Shown piece by piece: positions 29,813 to 39,846 of a stretch of 62,716 nt of DNA. Within the stretch, counting starts at the first letter, position 1; every line of letters starts with the position of its first letter. The DNA is from an uncultured Bordetella sp. (lineage in GTDB: Bacteria; Pseudomonadota; Gammaproteobacteria; Burkholderiales; SG8-39), in the NCBI GenBank assembly GCA_964616875.1, contig CAZTSJ010000263.1:1-62716 (forward strand). The letters run 5' to 3'. Under the pieces are notes generated by a model. The model did not search any database and had not been told where the DNA came from. It worked only from the letters and a program-made list of their open reading frames with translations. A program made the translations under genes and the position numbers.

Positions 29813-29818
29813 TCCGCC

Positions 29819-31330
29819 ATGGATTGCGCGTCGCGCCTCGTCGAGCTGTTCGGCAGCCAGGCCGGGGTGGCGCGCGCGTTCCAGCTCGACCGGGCGGTGG
29901 TGCACCACTGGGTGAAAACGGGCTACGTCCCCGCGCGTTGGGCGGGCGAAGTGGAGCGCGTCACCCAGGGCCGCATCGGCTCGGCCGAAGTCGTCAACGA
30001 AGCCAGCGCGAAGAACCCGGTGCGCGTGAAGTCGCGCCCGGACGATGCCCAATTTGGAATTTTGTCGGAGAGCGATCCCCTCATCATGCCTACCAGCCAG
30101 TACGCCCCCTCGAAGCGCATCCATTCCTTCCACCCGCCGCAGCGCACCCTGATGGGCCCCGGCCCGACGGAGATCCATCCGCGCGTGCTCACCACCATGA
30201 GCCAGCCGGCGATCGGTTATCTCGACCCGGTGTTCGTCGAGATGATGGAGGAACTTAAATCGCTTCTTCGTTACACGTACCAGACCAAGAATCCGCTCAC
30301 TTTCCCGCTCTCCGGCCCGGGCTCGGTCGGCATGGAATTCTGCTTCGTCAACATGGTCGCGCCCGGCGACAAGGTGATCGTGTGCCAGAACGGCGTCTTC
30401 GGCGGCCGCATGCTGGAGAACGTGATCCGCGCCGGCGGCGTGCCGGTGCTGGTCGAGGACAAGTGGGGCGAGCCGGTCGAGCCGCAGAAGCTCGAGGATG
30501 CGCTGAAGAAGAACAAGGACGCCAAGGTGGTCGGCTTCGTGCACGCGGAAACCTCCACCGGCGCGCAATCCGATGCCAGGCTCCTCACGCAGATTGCGCA
30601 CAAGCACAGCGCGCTCGTGATCGTGGATGCTGTGACGTCGCTGGCAGGCACGCCCGTGAAGGTGGACGAGTGGGAGATCGACGCGATCTACTCCGCGAGC
30701 CAGAAATGCCTGTCGTGCACGCCGGGCCTCTCGCCGGTGTCGTTCTCCGAGCGCGTGGTCGAGCGCGTCAAGGCAAGGAAGGACAAGATCCACAGCTGGT
30801 TCATGGACATGAACCTGCTGCTGGGCTACTGGAACGCCGGCGCGCGCACCTACCACCACACCGCGCCGACGAATTCACTCTTCGCGCTGCACGAAGCGCT
30901 GCTGCTGATCCGCGAGGAAGGCCTGGAGAACGCCTGGGCGCGCGCCACGCGCCACCACCTCGCGCTCAAGGCGGGGCTCGAAGCGATGGGCCTGAAGTTC
31001 CTCGTCAAGGAGCAGTACCAGCTGCCGCAGATGAACGCGGTGCGCTGCCCCGAGGGCGTGAACGAAGAGGAAGTGCGCAAGCGCCTGCTCAACGAGTTCG
31101 GCATCGAGATCGGCGCCGGGCTCGGGCCCCTGAAAGGCAAGATCTGGCGCTTCGGCCTGATGGGCTACAGCTGCCGCGCCGACAACGTCATGCTGTGCCT
31201 CTCGGCGCTCGGTTCGGTGCTTTCCGACCTCGGCCTGCCGGTGCATGTGGGGGATGCCGAGTCGGCCGCGCACGACGCGTATGCGCAGATGCACGTGAAA
31301 GATGCGCAGCGGAAGAAGCGGGCGGCTTGA
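29819..31330 (+). CDS. YdaS/Cro-like HTH segment reading in-frame into a class V (AGXT-family) aminotransferase; the aminotransferase alone would start at the ATG at 30086
   Basis: 503-aa ORF. Residues 1-60 (LVELFGSQAGVARAFQLDRAVVHHWVKTGYVPARWAGEVERVT) look like a YdaS/Cro HTH. From MPTSQY...PPQRTLMGPGPTEIHPRVL onward it is an AGXT-type PLP enzyme. There is no stop codon between the two parts. Confidence 0.75.
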   Translation: MDCASRLVELFGSQAGVARAFQLDRAVVHHWVKTGYVPARWAGEVERVTQGRIGSAEVVNEASAKNPVRVKSRPDDAQFGILSESDPLIMPTSQYAPSKRIHSFHPPQRTLMGPGPTEIHPRVLTTMSQPAIGYLDPVFVEMMEELKSLLRYTYQTKNPLTFPLSGPGSVGMEFCFVNMVAPGDKVIVCQNGVFGGRMLENVIRAGGVPVLVEDKWGEPVEPQKLEDALKKNKDAKVVGFVHAETSTGAQSDARLLTQIAHKHSALVIVDAVTSLAGTPVKVDEWEIDAIYSASQKCLSCTPGLSPVSFSERVVERVKARKDKIHSWFMDMNLLLGYWNAGARTYHHTAPTNSLFALHEALLLIREEGLENAWARATRHHLALKAGLEAMGLKFLVKEQYQLPQMNAVRCPEGVNEEEVRKRLLNEFGIEIGAGLGPLKGKIWRFGLMGYSCRADNVMLCLSALGSVLSDLGLPVHVGDAESAAHDAYAQMHVKDAQRKKRAA

Positions 31331-31379
31331 GAAAAACAGGGACAGTCCACGTTTTCCGCTGACCCAGGAAGGAGGGGCC

Positions 31380-31715
31380 ATGTTTCGCCTTGCCATCGCC
31401 TGTTTCTGCGCGGCATTCTGCGTCGCGGCAAGCGCCCAGGGCAGCGTCATGACCAACAGAGCCGTGTACGAACAGATTCATTCGCACTGGAAGGAAGCCT
31501 ATCCGGAGGAGAAAATTCTCAGCATCGAGGATCTAAGGACGGTCCGATCCTCCTCCATGGGGCGCCACGGTTCTACTGAAGTCAAGCAGGCCATCGTCAC
31601 GGTGCAACGTCCCGGCAATCCGAAGGCGCGCTTCCGGGTGAACCTGCAATACCGGGCCCGTATGGGCGCGAGCTGGCAATTCGAGCACGCGTGGGTGGAC
31701 AGGCCGGCCCCCTGA
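31380..31715 (+). CDS. small secreted hypothetical protein
   Basis: ORF trimmed to the ATG at 31380, preceded by GGAAGGAGGGG. Signal peptide MFRLAIACFCAAFCVAASAQG. I do not recognise a family. Confidence 0.6.
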   Translation: MFRLAIACFCAAFCVAASAQGSVMTNRAVYEQIHSHWKEAYPEEKILSIEDLRTVRSSSMGRHGSTEVKQAIVTVQRPGNPKARFRVNLQYRARMGASWQFEHAWVDRPAP

Positions 31716-31728
31716 CCCTGGTTTTTCC

Positions 31729-32763
31729 GTGGATACGCTGACCCACGCCCTGTCGGGAGCATTGCTCGCGCGGGCGACCGCACCCAAAGACGCGCCGCCG
31801 CGCTCGCTGCCGCGGCGCATTGCCGCCGGCTTTTTCGCCTGTGCCGCGCCCGACCTGGATTTCGTCGTCTCCTGGTTCGGCCCGGTCGCGTACCTGGAGC
31901 TGCACCGCGGCCCGACGCACTCGCTGCTGCTCCTGCCGCTGTGGGCAGTCGTATTTTCCTGGGTGCTGGCGAAAATCCTGCGCGAGCAGCGCGGCTGGCG
32001 CGCGCTCTACGGCGTGACCGCGATGGGGCTTGCCCTGCACATCGCCGGCGACCTGATCACGAGTTTCGGCACCATGATCTTCTGGCCGCTCTCCGACATG
32101 CGGCCCGGCCTGGGCACCACCTTCATCATCGACCCGTGGTTCAGCGGCATCATTCTGCTTGGGTTGATTCTTTCCATTTTTTTCCACAGCAGCAGAATTC
32201 CGGCGGTGGCGGCGAGCATCGCACTGGGCGCCTACGTCGGCTTCCAGCAGGTTCAGAAGCAGCGCGCGATCGAGTTCGCGGCCAAGTATGCGCAGAGCCG
32301 GGGAATACCCGGCGCGGACATCGCGGCCCATCCGCGGCCGGTGTCGCCGTTCAACTGGACGGTGTTCGTGAGCGACGAGCGCGAGCACCACTACGCGCAC
32401 GTGAACCTGCTGCGCGACGCGCCGCGAACTTTCCGGACGGGCGACGGCTTTGTGGCGAAGCTCGACGCCGCCTACCGCCCGCTCGCCATGGCGCAATGGG
32501 AGACGCGCAGCCGCCATGGTGAGGGCGAACTGGGCAGGCAGGCCTGGAATGCTCCCGCGCTCGGCTTTCTGCGCTGGTTCGCGGAGCGCCCCGCCTTCGA
32601 CGGCGCGAGCGAAAGTCCGGCCTGCGTCTGGTTCCTCGACCTGCGCTTCGTCAATCCGGGCCGCGACTGGGTGCCGTTCCGCTTCGGCGCCTGCCGCGAG
32701 AAACCCGGTTCGCCCTGGCGCGCCTACGAACGCCTGGACGACGGCGCAAGCGCACCGCTCTAA
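31729..32763 (+). CDS. membrane-bound metal-dependent hydrolase, YdjM/DUF457-like
   Basis: 344-aa ORF with GTG start. MDTLTHALSGALLA N-terminus and several TM segments, typical of the YdjM family. Confidence 0.7.
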   Translation: MDTLTHALSGALLARATAPKDAPPRSLPRRIAAGFFACAAPDLDFVVSWFGPVAYLELHRGPTHSLLLLPLWAVVFSWVLAKILREQRGWRALYGVTAMGLALHIAGDLITSFGTMIFWPLSDMRPGLGTTFIIDPWFSGIILLGLILSIFFHSSRIPAVAASIALGAYVGFQQVQKQRAIEFAAKYAQSRGIPGADIAAHPRPVSPFNWTVFVSDEREHHYAHVNLLRDAPRTFRTGDGFVAKLDAAYRPLAMAQWETRSRHGEGELGRQAWNAPALGFLRWFAERPAFDGASESPACVWFLDLRFVNPGRDWVPFRFGACREKPGSPWRAYERLDDGASAPL

Positions 32764-33681
32764 GCCCGGATCACCTCATGCAGCGCATGGAACAGGTCCA
32801 CTGAGGCGTCGATTTCGTCGCGGTTGATGGAAACGCTCTCGACGTTGATGCCGAGAGGAATTTCGCGCGCATAGGGTTGGTCGAGAATCTGGCGCAGGTT
32901 GTCGCGGCAAATCTCTACGGATTTCGCCAGCGGACTCGCCGCGCCGAGGATCGCGCGCGCGGTCTCCGGCGCAATGCGCACCCCGAGCCAGTTCAGGAAT
33001 GCCATGGTTTTCTCGCGCCCGACCGGCGAAAACGTGAGCACGATGCGCCGCGGCTTGACGCCGGCGCCGCGGCAATCGCGCGCATAGTCGGCGAGCAGGC
33101 GCACGCTCGCATCGGCGTGGTAGACGGTCTGCGAGATGAAATAGCCGCAGCCTTCGATGCCTTTTGCGAGCAGGCGCGCGGCTTCACTCCTCTCCGCGCC
33201 GTGCCGCTCGGCGATGGCGACACCGCCGACGGTGAAGCCGCCGGGGTGCGCTACGGCGAGGCGGATCGCCTCGGAGAGCGCGAGCGGATAGCGCACGCCC
33301 GAAGTCGGCCGGCCGACGATGGAGACGAATCCGACGCGGTGGACGTACGCCGCCTGGTCCAGCCAGGCGCGCCAGCCCGCCTCGTCCAGGTCGCCAACGC
33401 ATTTGTAGGCGATCGCGGGCTTCCGGGTGCGCGCCGCAAGCAGGGCGGCATAAGCGCCGGGATCCACCGTGCCGGCCAGGGGAAAAGGGCGCGGCACTGC
33501 AGTGCGTCCGGATTCGTCCTGGATGTCGTACACCACTAACCCGTCGACCGGCAGCGGGGCGAGGCGCGCGGCGAGCTTGTCCACCGCCTGGTGCACCGCG
33601 TCCTCGCCGGTGCCTGCGCGCGGCGGCGTGGTGCCGTAGAGCAGCGCCGCGCTGCCCGGGTCGAGCAGTTTTTCCTTCAGG

Positions 33682-35112
<1,431 letters not shown>

Positions 35113-35123
35113 ATCCAGTCTCC

Positions 35124-35162
35124 AAAAAGAAAAAGCGCCCGCACCGTTTCCAGTGCGAGCGC
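35124..35162 (-). terminator. intrinsic terminator hairpin forming the expression platform of the SAH riboswitch
   Basis: On the minus strand GCGCUCGCAC (35162-35153) pairs with GUGCGGGCGC (35144-35135), with an 8-nt loop, followed by UUUUUCUUUUU. The 5' arm is the conserved 3' segment of the riboswitch. Confidence 0.65.
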
Positions 35163-35238
35163 CGTTGTATTTAGCTGAGCCTGATCCGTGCGGGCGGAAA
35201 ACCAGTCAAACCCCGCGGAATGCAGCGCCCCTCAGCAG
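35153..35238 (-). promoter_or_regulatory. SAH riboswitch (S-adenosylhomocysteine-sensing leader of ahcY)
   Basis: Minus-strand RNA GCUGAGGGGCGCUGCA...AUCAGGCUCAGC...CAACGGCGCUCGCAC matches the conserved SAH-element blocks (GAGGAGCGCUGC / CAGGCUCGG / AACGGCGCUC). GCUGAG pairs with CUCAGC. It sits between a TATAAT box and the ahcY SD/ATG. Confidence 0.8.
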
Positions 35239-35243
35239 CACGC

Positions 35244-35249
35244 ATTATA
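35244..35249 (-). promoter_or_regulatory. -10 box TATAAT for the riboswitch-ahcY transcript
   Basis: The minus strand reads GGTATAATGCG, about 6-8 nt upstream of the first riboswitch nucleotides. Confidence 0.55.
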
Positions 35250-35301
35250 CCCGTGTTGAGCGGGATGGGATAATGCCGCTCTTTTCCCTCGCGGGTCCTG
35301 C

Positions 35302-36030
35302 TTGCAACTGTCGATCGTCGTCCCGGTGCGCAACGAGCAGGAGAACGTGCTGCCATTGCTCGCGGAAATCCACGCTGCGCTGGAGTCGCGCGGCGAGTTC
35401 GAAGTCATTTACGTCGACGACGGCAGTAGCGACGCGACGTGCACGCGCCTGGCCGAGGCGATGCAGCGCTACCCGCGGCTGCGGGTTTTCTCCCATCGTG
35501 CGAGCTGCGGCCAGAGTGCGGCGCTCATGACCGGCATGCGCGCGGCGCGCGGCGAGTGGGTGGCGACGCTGGACGGCGACGGGCAGAACGATCCGGCCGA
35601 TATCCCGAAACTGCTCGCGGCGCGCGACGCGGCGGGGCAATCGGCAAACCTGCAACTTGTTGGCGGCTTCCGAAGAACGCGCCATGACAGCTGGATCAAG
35701 CGAATTTCGTCGCGCATTGCCAATGCGGTGCGTTCCGGTCTGCTCGGCGACGCCACGCCCGATACCGGTTGCGGCCTGAAGCTGGTCGCGCGCGCCGCCT
35801 ATCTCGAGCTGCCGTGCTTCGACCACATGCACCGTTTTCTTCCCGCGCTGGTGCAGCGCAACGGCGGCGCCACGCTTTCGGTGGAAGTGAATCACCGGCC
35901 GCGCACCCGCGGCACCTCGAACTACGGCCTGTTCGACCGCTTGTGGGTCGGCATCGTCGATCTGTGCGGCGTGCTGTGGCTCAAGCGCCGCGCCAAGCGC
36001 CCCGAAGTGCGCGAAGTGTTGCCGCCGTGA
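35302..36030 (+). CDS. family 2 glycosyltransferase, polyprenyl-phosphate glycosyltransferase type (ArnC/DPM1-like)
   Basis: 242-aa ORF. LSIVVPVRNEQENV, YVDDGSSD and DGDGQNDP motifs. TTG start. Confidence 0.85.
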   Translation: MQLSIVVPVRNEQENVLPLLAEIHAALESRGEFEVIYVDDGSSDATCTRLAEAMQRYPRLRVFSHRASCGQSAALMTGMRAARGEWVATLDGDGQNDPADIPKLLAARDAAGQSANLQLVGGFRRTRHDSWIKRISSRIANAVRSGLLGDATPDTGCGLKLVARAAYLELPCFDHMHRFLPALVQRNGGATLSVEVNHRPRTRGTSNYGLFDRLWVGIVDLCGVLWLKRRAKRPEVREVLPP

Positions 36031-36752
36031 CCCTGAAGCGCAAGCTGAAGGCGCTGCTGCCGGGCCTGGTGTTCCTCGGCACCCTGGTTGCGGTCGCCTA
36101 CCTGCTCGAGAGCGGCCTGGCAGTGGAGTGGGTGAGCGAGGACTGGATGGAGCGCATCGACCGCGATGTGCGCGGCAAGGGTGTGTCGGGCGAGATTCTC
36201 TACCTCGCGGTCGGTGGCCTCGCCTGCGCGCTGGCGGTGCCTCGCCACTTCGTCAGCTTTTTCGGCGGCTACGCGTTTGGCGTCGGCTTCGGCACCCTGC
36301 TGGCGCTGTTGGCGACTGAAATCGGCTGCGCGCTCACGTTCTTCTACGCGCGGCTGATCGGCCGGCCACTGGTGGCGGCGCGTTTCGGCGCGCGGGTGCG
36401 GCGGATCGACGATTTTCTTTCCGCGAATCCGTTTTCGATGACGCTGCTGATGCGGCTGCTGCCGATTGGCAATAATTTCGCCACCTCGCTCGCCGCGGGC
36501 GTATCGCGGGTGCCGGCGCGGCCTTTCCTGCTGGGCTCGCTGCTGGGTTATGTCCCGCAAACCCTGGTGTTCGCGCTGGCCGGCAGTGGCATTGAAGCGG
36601 GCGCGGGCGCGCGGGTGTGGCTTGCGGTGCTGTTGTTTTTCGTCTCTGCGGCGATCGGCATCTGGCTCTATCACCATTACCGCCACGGCAAGACGCTGGG
36701 CGAAGAAGTCGACGAGGCGCTGGATGAACAGCCGGAACAGCCCAAGGTTTGA
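36027..36752 (+). CDS. TVP38/TMEM64 (DedA-superfamily) membrane protein
   Basis: Part of ORF 35769..36752, starting at a GTG at 36027 (GTGA overlap with the GT2 stop). VPRHFVSFFGGYAFGVGFGTLLALLATEIGCALTFFYARLIGRP matches the TVP38 core. Confidence 0.75.
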   Translation: MTLKRKLKALLPGLVFLGTLVAVAYLLESGLAVEWVSEDWMERIDRDVRGKGVSGEILYLAVGGLACALAVPRHFVSFFGGYAFGVGFGTLLALLATEIGCALTFFYARLIGRPLVAARFGARVRRIDDFLSANPFSMTLLMRLLPIGNNFATSLAAGVSRVPARPFLLGSLLGYVPQTLVFALAGSGIEAGAGARVWLAVLLFFVSAAIGIWLYHHYRHGKTLGEEVDEALDEQPEQPKV

Positions 36753-38358
36753 GCGTCCGCTGCTCGCGCTGCTCGCGGGTTGGGCCGTGTTCGCGCTGGC
36801 CTCGATCTGGCTGCGGCCGCTGTGGCCGGTGGATGAAACGCGCTACGCCAGCGTCGCCTGGGAGATGTGGCTGCGCGGCGATTTCCTGGTGCCCCATATC
36901 AATGGCGAGCCTTACAGCCACAAGCCGCCGCTCCTGTTCTGGCTGATCCAGGCCGGCTGGGCGCTGTTCGGCGTCAACGACTGGTGGCCGCGGCTGGTCG
37001 CGCCGCTCTGCGCGCTGGCTGCGGTGCCGCTCACGCTGCGCCTGGGCCAGCTGCTCTGGCCGGGTGCGCGCGATGAGCACCTGCATGCCGTCTGGATATT
37101 GTTCGGCACGCTTCTCTTCGCGGGTTTCATCACGCTCACCATGTTCGACCTGCTGCTGATGCTGTGCGCGATGGCCGGAATGATTGGGGTTTTGAATTTA
37201 AGCGATCAAAAAAGAATTCCTGGATTGTTGTGGCTGGGCGCCGGGATCGGCTTGGGGGTGCTGGCCAAGGGACCGGTGATCCTGCTGCACGTGCTACCGG
37301 CGGCGGTTGCCGCACCCTGGTGGGCGCCGGCGACCAGGCAAAAGCCGGGCCGCAGTTATTCTCTCTATTATCTGGATCTGCTGCTCGCCGTGCTGCTCGG
37401 CGCGGCGCTCGCGCTCGCCTGGGCGCTGCCGGCCGCGTACTTCGGCGGCGAGGAATACCGGCGCGCAATATTCTGGGGCCAGACCGCGGGGCGGGTTGCG
37501 GATTCCTTCGCCCACCGAGCGCCGTTGTGGTACTACCTGCCGCTGCTGCCGCTGATACTTTTCCCTTGGTTTGTTTATCCGAAGTTCTGGTTTGGTTTAA
37601 AAACCACCCTTGTAAATAATCAAGACCCCAGTGCTCGCTTCCTCACGGCCTGGCTCGTTCTCACGCTGATCGGTTTTTCGCTGGTGAGCGGCAAGCAGGC
37701 GAAATATCTGGTGCCTTTCCTTCCCGCATTCGCGCTGCTGGCCGCTCACGCCCTGGCGAAGGCCACAATGCCGATACGCTGGTGGGAAATGCTGCCGCCG
37801 GCGCTCGGTTTTCTCGCCTTGCCCGTATTCCTCGTTTACTTGCGTTCGCGGCCCGCGGCGATGAAGCTGCCGGAATGGGTGGGCGAAATTCCGCTCTGGC
37901 CGATCGTGCTCCTCGCGCTCGCTGCGCCGCTCCTGCTGATCTATGGCAGAAAATCGAATGAGGTGCAGCTGCGCGCGCTGTCATTTGCGATGCTGGCCGC
38001 GGTAGCGGTGGTGGGAGCGGGCGTCATTCCCGCGTTCGTCCCCTACAGCGATCCCGGTCCCGCGGCGCGCCACCTGGCGGCGCTGCAGGAAGCGTCGGTG
38101 CCGCTCGCGCACCTTGGCAAGTACCACGCCCAATACAACTTCGTCGGGCGACTGCGCGCGCCGATCGAAATCCTCGAGGCAACGGAACTGAAGCGCTGGG
38201 TCGCGGCGCATCCCTCGGGCCAGGTCATCACGGTCGAGCGCAGCCGGCACGATGCGGCGGCGGGCGCGACCCCCGAGTACCAGGCGCCATTCCGCGGCGC
38301 CTGGGTGCAGGTATGGCGCGGCGCGGCCCTGCTCGCGGCGCGGCCCGCTCCGCGCTAG
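36724..38358 (+). CDS. family 39/83 glycosyltransferase (ArnT/PMT-like, polyprenyl-phosphate-sugar dependent)
   Basis: Part of ORF 36466..38358, starting at the ATG at 36724. VDETRYASVAWEMWLRGDFLVPHINGEPYSHKPPLLFW is the ArnT/PMT_2 signature. More than 10 TM segments. Confidence 0.8.
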   Translation: MNSRNSPRFERPLLALLAGWAVFALASIWLRPLWPVDETRYASVAWEMWLRGDFLVPHINGEPYSHKPPLLFWLIQAGWALFGVNDWWPRLVAPLCALAAVPLTLRLGQLLWPGARDEHLHAVWILFGTLLFAGFITLTMFDLLLMLCAMAGMIGVLNLSDQKRIPGLLWLGAGIGLGVLAKGPVILLHVLPAAVAAPWWAPATRQKPGRSYSLYYLDLLLAVLLGAALALAWALPAAYFGGEEYRRAIFWGQTAGRVADSFAHRAPLWYYLPLLPLILFPWFVYPKFWFGLKTTLVNNQDPSARFLTAWLVLTLIGFSLVSGKQAKYLVPFLPAFALLAAHALAKATMPIRWWEMLPPALGFLALPVFLVYLRSRPAAMKLPEWVGEIPLWPIVLLALAAPLLLIYGRKSNEVQLRALSFAMLAAVAVVGAGVIPAFVPYSDPGPAARHLAALQEASVPLAHLGKYHAQYNFVGRLRAPIEILEATELKRWVAAHPSGQVITVERSRHDAAAGATPEYQAPFRGAWVQVWRGAALLAARPAPR

Positions 38359-38414
38359 TGCGGACCAGACTGCGCTAGACTTGCTGCTTCACCACCACCC
38401 GCAGCGGATAGCCC

Positions 38415-38639
38415 ATGCCCATCGCATTGAAGGGCTTTTTGATCGGCCTCGGCATCTCGGCAGTGATCATCATCTTCGAATACATGGCGATCAATCGCGA
38501 GATCGCGGAACGCTCGGAGCGGATCAAGAAAAAGGTCGACTGGGATTCGAACCAGAAGAGCCGGCTGCGCGGCGTGATGACTTTCGGCGCGCTGGTGCCG
38601 TTCGGCTGCGCCCTCGGCGCCTGGCTGGTCTGGGGCTAG
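38415..38639 (+). CDS. small two-TM membrane protein (hypothetical)
   Basis: 74-aa ORF with strongly G/C-biased third codon positions, like neighbouring genes. Two hydrophobic segments flank a charged KKKVDWDSNQKSR loop. Confidence 0.55.
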   Translation: MPIALKGFLIGLGISAVIIIFEYMAINREIAERSERIKKKVDWDSNQKSRLRGVMTFGALVPFGCALGAWLVWG

Positions 38640-38641
38640 GC

Positions 38642-39799
38642 CTAGGCCGCTTGTTTTAAGACGAGGGCTTTGTCGGTCGCTTCCCAGGTGAACTCGGGCT
38701 CGTCGCGCCCGAAATGGCCGTAGGCGGCGGTTTTCTCGTAGATCGGCCGCTGCAGCTCCAGCATCTGGATGATGCCCTTCGGCCGCAGGTCGAAATGCTG
38801 CAGCACCAGCTGTGACAGAGTTTCGTCCGACAGCTTGCCCGTGCCCTGCGTCGTGACCATGACGCTGGTCGGCTGCGCCACGCCGATGGCGTAGGACACC
38901 TGCACCAGGCACTTCGAGGCGAGCCCCGCGGCGACGATGTTCTTCGCCACGTAGCGCGCCGCGTAGGCCGCCGAGCGATCCACTTTGGAGGGGTCCTTGC
39001 CGGAGAACGCGCCGCCGCCATGCGGCGCGGAGCCGCCGTAGGTGTCGACGATGATCTTGCGCCCGGTGAGGCCGCAATCGCCCTTCGGGCCGCCGATCAC
39101 GAAGGCGCCGGTCGGATTGACCAGGTACTTCACCTTGCCTTTGACGAGATTTTTCGGCAGCACGGGCTTGATGACCTGCTCGATCACCGCCTCCTCGATC
39201 TGCTTGTGCGTCATGTCGGGCGCGTGCTGCGTGGAGAGCACCACGGTGTCGATCGAATCGGGCCTGCCGTTGACATACTTGATGGTGACTTGCGACTTGG
39301 CATCCGGGCGCAGCCAGGGCATGCGCCCGTCGCGGCGCACCTCGGACTGGCGCTCGACCAGCCGGTGCGCAAGGTAGATGGGCAGCGGCATCAGTCCGGG
39401 GGTCTCGTCGCAGGCGTAGCCGAACATGAGGCCCTGGTCGCCCGCGCCCTGGTCGAGGTCGAGGCCCTTGCCTTCGTCCACGCCCTGCGCGATGTCCTTG
39501 GACTGCTCGCCGTAGGCGACGATCACGGTGCAGGTGTGCGTGTCGAAACCGATCGCCGGGTCGTTGTAGCCGATGCGCTTGATGGTCGCGCGCGCGACGG
39601 CGTCGTAGTTGACGCGTGCGCCGGTGGTGATTTCGCCGGCGAGCACCACCAGGTTGTCCTTGACCAGCGTCTCGGCGGCGACGCGCGAGGTCTTGTCCTG
39701 CTTTAGAATCGCATCGAGCACCGCATCCGATATCTGGTCCGCGACCTTGTCCGGATGGCCCTCGGAAACCGACTCGGAAGTGAAAAGAAATTCGCTCAT
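38642..39799 (-). CDS. metK: S-adenosylmethionine synthase
   Basis: ORF trimmed to [44 protein letters not shown] motif. Confidence 0.97.
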   Translation of the reverse strand: MSEFLFTSESVSEGHPDKVADQISDAVLDAILKQDKTSRVAAETLVKDNLVVLAGEITTGARVNYDAVARATIKRIGYNDPAIGFDTHTCTVIVAYGEQSKDIAQGVDEGKGLDLDQGAGDQGLMFGYACDETPGLMPLPIYLAHRLVERQSEVRRDGRMPWLRPDAKSQVTIKYVNGRPDSIDTVVLSTQHAPDMTHKQIEEAVIEQVIKPVLPKNLVKGKVKYLVNPTGAFVIGGPKGDCGLTGRKIIVDTYGGSAPHGGGAFSGKDPSKVDRSAAYAARYVAKNIVAAGLASKCLVQVSYAIGVAQPTSVMVTTQGTGKLSDETLSQLVLQHFDLRPKGIIQMLELQRPIYEKTAAYGHFGRDEPEFTWEATDKALVLKQAA

Positions 39800-39846
39800 A
39801 GACCTGCTTCGTATTCGCTTCAAAAAAGGGGCTGCAAGGATACCAG

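Noticed and set aside
29805-29822. TCTAGAATTCCGCCATGG looks like a cloning polylinker (XbaI-EcoRI-NcoI with a Kozak-like GCCATGG), suggesting vector contamination
   Set aside because: The flanks are continuous native-looking sequence with the same composition. The TAGAAT is at correct spacing from a -35 box. A closely related CTAGAATTCCGCC occurs at another native promoter (26216-26228). The restriction sites are most simply coincidental.
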